A stretch of 32,000 bases of DNA from Candidatus Thorarchaeota archaeon (GTDB taxonomy: Archaea > Asgardarchaeota > Heimdallarchaeia > Hodarchaeales > Hodarchaeaceae), in contig JBHLRO010000001.1 in the NCBI GenBank assembly GCA_048882505.1, forward strand, positions 150,001 through 182,000, written 5' to 3'. The translations under genes and the position numbers were made by a program. Below the pieces are notes generated by a model. That model saw only the letters and a list, made by a program, of their open reading frames with translations. It made no database searches and had not been told where the DNA came from. Shown here piece after piece: positions 8,984 to 16,499 of the stretch (position 1 is the stretch's first letter; each line of letters begins with the position of its first letter).

Positions 8984-10906
8984 ATGGTTTCTGATTCTTC
9001 GCCTTCTGATGCAGGTACACAGGGTTGTGAAACGGAGAACTCAAAAAAGAAAGAGGTTTTCCTAGTTATCAATCCTGTTGCGGCCGGAGGAAGGGTTGAA
9101 ACGATTTGGAAGGATGAACTTAAGCCATTAATGGACAGGGCCGATCTGGATTATGCTTTCGAGTTTACAGAATCTCCGCTACAGGCCATTGATATTGCAA
9201 GAACCCGGGTCAATGAGGGATATCGGGTCGTTTGCTCTGTCGGAGGGGATGGAACAGCCAATGAGGTGATCAACGGCATTTTACAGGCTGAGCGGCCAGG
9301 GATTTTTGCAGCCTTGCCTGTCGGGACTGGAGACGATGTGCCAATAACGTTTGGTATACCAGAAGAGGATTTAGAAGCTGCTGTAGAGTGTCTAGTAAAT
9401 GGTCAGGACAAGACATTTGATTTGGGCTACTGTGAAAACGCAGATCGGTACTTCGCCGGCGTAGCTTCAATGGGATTCGATGCAGAAGTTGCGGACAGAA
9501 CAAATAGGGGATCAAAAAGGTTCGGCACGAGAAGTTATCAGATCGCTCTTGGTTTGACTCTGGCAAAGTTTAGACCTTATAACTTAGCTATTCAGATAGA
9601 TGGAGAACATATGATCGAGGGTGGACGGATGTTGCTGGCTATCGGTAATGGAAAGCGGTATGGAGGTGGAATGCATATTTGTCCTGACGCAGATGTCACC
9701 GATGGCAGATTCGCGCTGACCACGGTAAAAAAAATTAGTCGAATTACCCTTCTAAGGTTCTTTTCCTTGGTTTATGATGGGACTCACCTCAGTCATAAGA
9801 GTGTTGATACGTTCGAGGGGAAATCTATACATGTAGATTCTTCTAATAAGAAATGTCTTTACCAGGTTGATGGAGAGACATTGGGTTATCTGCCCGAAAC
9901 CTTTATCACAAAACCTAATCATATTACTGTAAGAGTACCTAGCCCATGGGTATCATATGCGGAAATATGGGAGGAAAAATTAAAGAAAAAGCAGGGTTAC
10001 GGAGAGCCTTATACTGGTTATCAACTCCAGCTTGCCAAACTTGCGTTTTTTAACCCTAGTTCAAATTACAAGAGAGGGCTGGAATGGAGTCAGAACGATG
10101 AATATAAAGTCGGAAAGGAACTAGTAGAAGATGAAATAGAAAGCGACGATGACAAGACCTATCTCTATGTGAAAGAAAAACCCTTTTCGAAGAGACTTCC
10201 CTTCTTTCTGTTACGGACTTTTTTCCAAACGTTCGGTTTGTCAATTGCCTTTACGGCCCCAATTACTTTTCCGTGGTTCTTTGATATTGTTTTTCCAGAC
10301 CTTTTATCGCTAATTCCACCAGAATTTACTGCCTTTATTAATAATTTAATCAGAACAATCCAATCTCTTTTTATTCCGATTTTTGACACTTTGTCATGGT
10401 TAGAACCGTTGATCAGGTTTTTCATGGATCTTGGTGCAATCCTAAACCCATTTCTCGTTTTTTCTTTATTGATGATTTTCTTCAACTGGATTGGGAGCCT
10501 GCCTGATGAGGAATATCAGGATCCATTTACTTCCACGAACGGAACTCCGACCTCAACTGGATATTTTTTGGAATCTATTCAGCGAAAGTTCAGTTTCGAT
10601 TTTTCGTCTGCAATATTCGTACTACTAATTGTTTCTTCGTTTGTTTCTTTTTTCCTAGTAATTCGGCGGGCCCGAGGTATTTTATATGAAGTTATGACCA
10701 CTAAGGAAGAAATCAAATACATGGAAAAGGTTAGAAAGGTTTTCCTCTATTATTGCAAAGATGGCAATTACAACGACATTAAATATACGAAGGACAGGCT
10801 CACTGAGTCCAGAAGAACATACGCGTTTGCTAACTTGGTGAAATATGGGCCTTTGGTATCGATGATTATTCCAGCCCTACTTGCAATATTCTATATTTTA
10901 CTTTAA
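8984..10906 (+). CDS. YegS/DAGK-family lipid kinase with a ~310-aa C-terminal membrane domain
   Basis: INPVAAGG, GGDGTANEVING, GTGDD, GFDA, GNGKRYGGG and QVDGE, followed by several hydrophobic segments. Confidence 0.88.
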   Translation: MVSDSSPSDAGTQGCETENSKKKEVFLVINPVAAGGRVETIWKDELKPLMDRADLDYAFEFTESPLQAIDIARTRVNEGYRVVCSVGGDGTANEVINGILQAERPGIFAALPVGTGDDVPITFGIPEEDLEAAVECLVNGQDKTFDLGYCENADRYFAGVASMGFDAEVADRTNRGSKRFGTRSYQIALGLTLAKFRPYNLAIQIDGEHMIEGGRMLLAIGNGKRYGGGMHICPDADVTDGRFALTTVKKISRITLLRFFSLVYDGTHLSHKSVDTFEGKSIHVDSSNKKCLYQVDGETLGYLPETFITKPNHITVRVPSPWVSYAEIWEEKLKKKQGYGEPYTGYQLQLAKLAFFNPSSNYKRGLEWSQNDEYKVGKELVEDEIESDDDKTYLYVKEKPFSKRLPFFLLRTFFQTFGLSIAFTAPITFPWFFDIVFPDLLSLIPPEFTAFINNLIRTIQSLFIPIFDTLSWLEPLIRFFMDLGAILNPFLVFSLLMIFFNWIGSLPDEEYQDPFTSTNGTPTSTGYFLESIQRKFSFDFSSAIFVLLIVSSFVSFFLVIRRARGILYEVMTTKEEIKYMEKVRKVFLYYCKDGNYNDIKYTKDRLTESRRTYAFANLVKYGPLVSMIIPALLAIFYILL

Positions 10907-11041
10907 TAAACGACTCCTTAATGGTTTTCATTACCTAATTTGATCAGCATTAGCCAAAAACACCGAAATGACTGATGTGGAAAACTAGATAAAGGCTGAA
11001 AATTTAAACATTGAATTGAAAATAATTCTAGGGTAAAAAAA

Positions 11042-12043
11042 ATGGAAAATAGGGACAAAATGAAAGCGATCATCTGTACCAAATACGGCCCGCCTGAGGT
11101 CCTTGAAATTCACGAGGTATCCAGGCCCGTTCCCAGAGATAATGAGGTCCTCATCAAAATTCATGCAACAACCGTTCATAGGGGCGATGTCAGAATGAGA
11201 GGATTCGACGTGCCCGTAATGATGTGGATCCCTGCCCGATTGATTTTGGGAATTAGAAAACCTAAGAGAGTGGTATTAGGAATGGAACTCTCTGGGGAGA
11301 TAGAGGCCGTGGGTACAAATGTTACACGATTTAAGAAAGGGGATCAGGTTTTTGCATCCACTGATTGGAAGTACTCATCCTATGCGGAGTACGTATGCAT
11401 GCCCGAGGACGGATTGGTGGTTTCCAAACCATCCAATATGACCTTCGAGGAAGCTGCTGTTATTCCTTCTGGTGGGATCACTACGCTAGGCATCATTAAA
11501 ATGGCAAATATTCAAAGTGGACAGAAAATACTGATCTATGGGGCTTCAGGTAGCGTTGGAACATTTGCTGTACAGATTGCGAATTCATTGGGAGCAGAAG
11601 TGACTGGAGTATGTAGTACTTCGAACTTAGAATTTGTTACATCATTGGGGGCGGATAAGGTGATTGATTATAAAACCACAGATTTTGCAGAATTGGGTGA
11701 AACCTATGATATTATTTTTGACGCCGTAGACCTATATAAAGGAGACTATAAGAAAGCTCTAAAAGAAACAGGGATCTATCTAAACGTTGATAAAGCTTCT
11801 GACAAAATAAAAGGCAGAGATAAGGTTATTCTGCTCAAAGAGCTTAAAAACCTCATAGAAGCGGGAAAGCTTAAAGCTGTCATCGATAGACATTACCCCA
11901 TGGATCAGATCGTCGAAGCTCATCGATATGTTGAAACTGGCAGAAAGAAGGGAAATGTCGTGGTTACGATTGGAAATAACAAAAAAAACCTAGGAAAAGG
12001 TCATGCTTCGAGATACGCTCTTGTGCCGATTAAGATGTTCTAG
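11042..12043 (+). CDS. Zn-independent medium-chain NAD(P)-dependent oxidoreductase (quinone reductase/alcohol dehydrogenase-like)
   Basis: [34 protein letters not shown] nucleotide-binding motif and KKGNVVV; no catalytic Zn ligands. Confidence 0.92.
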   Translation: MENRDKMKAIICTKYGPPEVLEIHEVSRPVPRDNEVLIKIHATTVHRGDVRMRGFDVPVMMWIPARLILGIRKPKRVVLGMELSGEIEAVGTNVTRFKKGDQVFASTDWKYSSYAEYVCMPEDGLVVSKPSNMTFEEAAVIPSGGITTLGIIKMANIQSGQKILIYGASGSVGTFAVQIANSLGAEVTGVCSTSNLEFVTSLGADKVIDYKTTDFAELGETYDIIFDAVDLYKGDYKKALKETGIYLNVDKASDKIKGRDKVILLKELKNLIEAGKLKAVIDRHYPMDQIVEAHRYVETGRKKGNVVVTIGNNKKNLGKGHASRYALVPIKMF

Positions 12044-12571
12044 AGTTTTTGTCAATAAGACATTTTTATCATCTTTGATATAATCCATTCTTCATGCATT
12101 AGATAATGGATAAAACCCGATAGTTCTGGATTAGAACCATATCTGCCTCAAGGTTTCGTTAAGCCGAATCCTATTCCGCAAAAGTAAAGAGCTCCACCCG
12201 TGTCCCAATTTCAGTAGGAGTTGTGGAGTTTACCTTTGAGGGGCGGCGTAGATTGCTTTCCGCATTTTGGGAATCTCCGGTTTTAAAAGCAGTATCGGTT
12301 CCATTCATTGGAACTGATTTCTCGAATGTCTCTTTCATGGCGTCATCAGAGGGTCTAAATCGGTGTCTGAAAGATATACACCTAACCTAGGAAAAAAACT
12401 GAGGAGTTGATTAACAGGAAATTGGCAGAACAGAATCTTTTATAAAAACACATCTTAAATTTCAATTAGTTTAGTGTTCTACTTGATTACTCAATGTTTC
12501 AGGTATACACACCTCTATTACATGAAACGCTTGATAATCGCAACTGAAGGCAGCCGTACTTCTATTAGAGA

Positions 12572-14110
12572 ATGCTATTCAAGAAAAATAACGAGGCAAT
12601 TAGATTGAGTGAAAAACGAATTGACATTTTAAAGCAAATTGCGACAGGAGAATTATCTCCTGAAAAAGGGGAGAAAATACTTAGGGAAATAGACAAAGAA
12701 GAGTCAAAAAAACTTTTCTATAGTGATACAAGCCTGTATGTTCCCGGAATAATTCCTTCTCGTGAGTTAGACAGGATTATTGCACGAATCCTCCCAAATG
12801 TTTCCTCTGGGTTTTTAGAGGAGTTACAAACGTTTAATGGCTCTGTTTCATACAAGGAGCTCAAGAGGCTGGCCTTAAAGTACGCTAGCCCAGAGTATTT
12901 GGATTCTTTATCAGAACTTGGCTATGAAAAGCTTTCAGATGATCATTTGGCCAAATTTCTTATTCATGGAGTCGAAGCTGAATACATTCAGAGCTTAAAA
13001 GATATCCAGTATGAGGATTTGCCGCCTGAACATCTAATAAAGATGAAAATTCATGATGTAGTTGTTAACTTCATCCTTGAACTACGGGAACTCGGTTATT
13101 CAAATTTAGCCCCGAACCAATTGATCAAGTTGCGAATACATGGAGTAACTCCCAGTTTTATTCAAAGATTAGCTCAAAAAGGGAATAGCTATGAGAACTT
13201 AGAAGTCGGTCAATTGGTTAAACTACGGATTCACGATGTTACTCCAGAATTTATCGACCAACTGCAAGAACAGGGGTACGAAAACTTATCAATTAATCAG
13301 TTGGTAAAACTGCAGATTCACAATGTGTCGATTAGTTTAATCGAGCGATTTCAAGCCTTAAAACTGGATCTGTCTATTAATCAACTAGTTAACTTTGTCA
13401 TACAGAACATAACTCCAGAATTCGTGGAAGGATTGATTGATCGAAATATCACTGACCTTACTCCCAATCAGATCCAACAATTTGGAATTCATAATGTCAC
13501 CCTGGACTTTATCGATAAGATGAGAGGCAATTTCCCTGGTATTTCCCCAGGACAATTGGTAAAACTCCGTATTCATGATATCGATTCGGGATACATCACA
13601 GGCCTAAAATCTCTCGGGTATAATGATATCTCGGCAAATAAAGTTATAAAGTGTCGAATTCATGGAGTTACTTCAGAATTTATATCTAGTTTACAAGATC
13701 TCGGGTATGACGTTCCAATTAACCGCATCATAAATCTAGCCATCCATAATGTGAGTATCGATTATATAACTAGCTTTAGGGACATTGGTTATGATTCATT
13801 ATCGTTAGAGGAAATTCAGGACGCGAAAATTCATGGAGTGACCCCTGATTTTGTTACTAGACTGAATGAAATGAATTATTTGGAAATCGAGTTTTCTAAA
13901 GTTAAAGAGATGAAAATTCATGGGGTTGATATTGAAACTATACGACAGCTTCATGAAATGGGTTTTTCAGACGTTTCCATTGATTATCTCATAAAACTGG
14001 CCATACATGATGTCACTCCTACTTACATTCAACGACTAAGAGACAAAGGCCTTCAAGACCTCGACCTAGACCAAATAATAAAAATAAAAATCCACGGAAT
14101 AATTGATTGA
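12572..14110 (+). CDS. SHOCT-like N-terminal domain plus ~15 tandem 28-31-aa 'IH(G/D/N)V' helical repeats; function unknown
   Basis: EKRIDILKQIATGELSPEKGEKIL resembles the SHOCT-like/DUF2089 C-terminal motif; the repeats are directly visible. An alternative TTG start at 12605 has GAGG upstream. Confidence 0.85.
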   Translation: MLFKKNNEAIRLSEKRIDILKQIATGELSPEKGEKILREIDKEESKKLFYSDTSLYVPGIIPSRELDRIIARILPNVSSGFLEELQTFNGSVSYKELKRLALKYASPEYLDSLSELGYEKLSDDHLAKFLIHGVEAEYIQSLKDIQYEDLPPEHLIKMKIHDVVVNFILELRELGYSNLAPNQLIKLRIHGVTPSFIQRLAQKGNSYENLEVGQLVKLRIHDVTPEFIDQLQEQGYENLSINQLVKLQIHNVSISLIERFQALKLDLSINQLVNFVIQNITPEFVEGLIDRNITDLTPNQIQQFGIHNVTLDFIDKMRGNFPGISPGQLVKLRIHDIDSGYITGLKSLGYNDISANKVIKCRIHGVTSEFISSLQDLGYDVPINRIINLAIHNVSIDYITSFRDIGYDSLSLEEIQDAKIHGVTPDFVTRLNEMNYLEIEFSKVKEMKIHGVDIETIRQLHEMGFSDVSIDYLIKLAIHDVTPTYIQRLRDKGLQDLDLDQIIKIKIHGIID

Positions 14111-14241
14111 TCACTTGAATATGGAATCTTCTTATTAAGGAGTGCCAATGAAGTCCTCATAAGAGGAAATGCAATCATAAGAGTAATTTAGAAGGCCCTT
14201 TCCTCTACCACGAATCATTTTCAACATATCGAGGTATCTCT

Positions 14242-14874
14242 ATGAGTTTTGATCCCCGCAGATTCTTTTCTATTCGTACCCTTGGCCTGGCAGGGGTATT
14301 AGCCCCAATCATTGGTTATAGCGGAATTCTTCTCTCCATTCTCCTAAATCTAGACTGGTTTAGCCTGACAGATAACGCCTTGAGTGATCTTGGCCATTAC
14401 GGGAATCTGGGTCTCAGAGCGTTTATTTATAACAGTGGGTTATTCATTAGCGGACTATTAGTGCTCATTTTTTGTTTAGCGATATTCTACCAAGAAAAGG
14501 AAGCTTTTACAGATGATGCCTTAGGAAAAACATTATTTTCCGTTGGTGTGGTTGCCTTTTCTATTGCTGGTCTGGCCTTGGTAAGTATAAGCATTTTTTC
14601 CGAGGATTTTGGCCCTATCCATCAGTTCGTCTCCGAAGTGTTTTTCGTATCCATCCCATTTGCTATGTGGTTTTTTGGAGGTGCATTTTATCGTAGGGCA
14701 GAATTGAATACCATGGGATTATTCGCACTTCTTGTGGGTACTATTGCAGGTTTAACGTGGATTTCCTACTTTGTTCTCCCAGTATTCTCTGGGGTGGCTA
14801 TCCCTGAGGCCCTCTCGTCAATTGCTGTGAGTCTCTGGATTGTCTTCCGTGGAATTCAGTATTATCAGTCTTGA
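14242..14874 (+). CDS. DUF998-family membrane protein
   Basis: DNALSDLG motif, about 5-6 TM helices, IHQFVS and PEAL motifs; GAGG upstream. Confidence 0.8.
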   Translation: MSFDPRRFFSIRTLGLAGVLAPIIGYSGILLSILLNLDWFSLTDNALSDLGHYGNLGLRAFIYNSGLFISGLLVLIFCLAIFYQEKEAFTDDALGKTLFSVGVVAFSIAGLALVSISIFSEDFGPIHQFVSEVFFVSIPFAMWFFGGAFYRRAELNTMGLFALLVGTIAGLTWISYFVLPVFSGVAIPEALSSIAVSLWIVFRGIQYYQS

Positions 14875-15233
14875 TTATCGGGAAGGTTTTTCTTAAACAG
14901 CAATCATTTCAGCTAGAAGTTGGCGGGTCCTATGGTGTCCAGTGAAAACGCCTCTCGCGGCATTCTTTTTGTAGAAATGTCTCTATCCAACTAGCTATGG
15001 GAGAAGCTTGGTAAGAAAATGTCTGATTAACCTTTAAATATAGTTTCCGGTTATCTTTAAATCTTCATACTGGTTTCTAGATCTAAGTTAGAATCATATT
15101 ATAGGAAACGATTTTTGACACTAGCATTTATTTCATAAAAGACTTAATGTCTGCGAAACGTATCAGAAAGCATTTGATAGAACTGATTGGATTTCTAACT
15201 GAGCTTATTCGCTCAAGTGAGGCAACTAGTCAG

Positions 15234-15518
15234 ATGCTTTTCATTGTACAACACACACATTCTGAATCCAACTGCCCAGCTCGAGATCCTGAACAAGGGA
15301 ATATGTTACTCCAACATATAAATCAAAATGCCGCCCATTTCGGTGTCACCATCAATGCGGAGGGTGTGGCGAACGGAAAACACCAATTCCACCTTATAGT
15401 GGAGTCAGACTCACAAGAGAACGTAGAACGGTTTATGACACCGTTCAAACAAGCTGGTCAAGTTGAAATTCTTCCTGCTTCCCCCTGTGAGGTCGTAGTG
15501 GATCGAGGCGCCTGCTGA
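15234..15518 (+). CDS. Small His/Cys-motif protein (HxH-x4-CP), probably a ferredoxin-like alpha/beta fold
   Basis: MLFIVQHTHSESNCP...HQFHLIVES...PCEVVVDRGAC. ATG 15234 follows GTGAGG and is preferred over the ORF-track start at 15147. Confidence 0.75.
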   Translation: MLFIVQHTHSESNCPARDPEQGNMLLQHINQNAAHFGVTINAEGVANGKHQFHLIVESDSQENVERFMTPFKQAGQVEILPASPCEVVVDRGAC

Positions 15519-15560
15519 ATTCCACCACCTCTCATTTTCTTTTTTTTTTATCAATTCTGA
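15511..15560 (+). repeat. Direct repeat copy 1 (gene end plus T-tract)
   Basis: cctgctgaattccaccacctctcattttc-T10-atcaattctga; near-identical to 16252-16299. Confidence 0.9.
15535..15549 (+). terminator. Archaeal oligo(T) terminator of the 15234-15518 gene
   Basis: TTTTC followed by T10, starting 17 nt after the stop codon. Confidence 0.65.
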
Positions 15561-15654
15561 TGAATTAGAACTCTAATCTGCAAACTATAAGTCTGAATAC
15601 GCATCCTGACAATTAGATCCCGTAGATTCATATTGGCTTGCTCAAAAATCAATA

Positions 15655-16050
15655 TTATGTCTTAGAAATGGTTTTAACAGCCCACCCATTGTCATCAGCC
15701 AGCCTTCTGATAGTATTTGCGATAGTCCTCTCGTTAGATCCTTGAGCTCCCCAATCAAAGCGACATAAACCATGTGCCCCTCCTGTTGCCATGATAGTGC
15801 ATTTGGCCTCTGAGTCGTTGATGAATTCTAATATAACGGTAGATGTCAAGTCTGAGTCGACTCGAAAGGCATAGCTCTCTCCTATCAATATATAGACCTC
15901 TCCATCCGTTGTATAGTATTTTCGGTTGAATCTCAATCCGATTTGAGTCTTTATTGCGTCTATCATGACCTCCTTTATATTGTCTCCCAAAACATCAAGT
16001 TCGATCACGTAAATTCCTCCTTTATGGGAAGATGTCTGTGATTCGTCCAT
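15655..16050 (-). CDS. DUF6054-like small protein
   Basis: GESYAFRVDSDLTSTVILE...IMATGGAHGLCRFDWGAQ resembles, from memory, the DUF6054 pattern (E.Y..R......T.......GSGG..G...F.WGAE). Confidence 0.6.
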   Translation of the reverse strand: MDESQTSSHKGGIYVIELDVLGDNIKEVMIDAIKTQIGLRFNRKYYTTDGEVYILIGESYAFRVDSDLTSTVILEFINDSEAKCTIMATGGAHGLCRFDWGAQGSNERTIANTIRRLADDNGWAVKTISKT

Positions 16051-16251
16051 TCATTTATTTAAGATTTTGGATGGAAGAATAACCGATCGGACATTCTCCA
16101 GTATTGAACTCTGGATAAATGGTTATATTGTTAGATAAATTATTTTGTTATTCGATCCCGATTCTTATGAAGTGAAAGAGTTCTAGCTTTTTCTCTACTT
16201 TGAATTCCTTATGAAGATCACTTGCGTTAACTGCTAATTATAGAAAATGCC

Positions 16252-16299
16252 CCTGCTTAGTTCCACCACCTCTCTTTTTCTTTTTTTTATCAATTCTGA
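16252..16299 (+). repeat. Direct repeat copy 2
   Basis: cctgcttagttccaccacctctctttttc-T8-atcaattctga. Confidence 0.9.
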
Positions 16300-16499
16300 A
16301 TTTAATGAATCAAATTTGCGTATGATCTCGGCCCACCTTTCTGTTCCTCAGTCATCAGGTATGTTCGCTCCACATTTCCTATTTAAAGGCTTATCCCACC
16401 CCATCCCAAGTAAAATTCCCATGTTCTGGAATTGAGAGATGGCGTCTCCTCTTTTTTTGAGAATAACCGTTCTTCCCAACTTTCCAGTTGCCCCAGCCC

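Noticed and set aside
12171-12338. 55-aa minus-strand ORF and a few 5-8-bp stems in the 12044-12571 gap
   Set aside because: No RBS or motif, and the stems are short and scattered, as expected by chance.
15516-15518. C-terminal G-A-C-TGA as possible selenocysteine readthrough
   Set aside because: Readthrough runs straight into the poly-T terminator (poly-Phe) and no SECIS-like element was identified; it is an ordinary stop.
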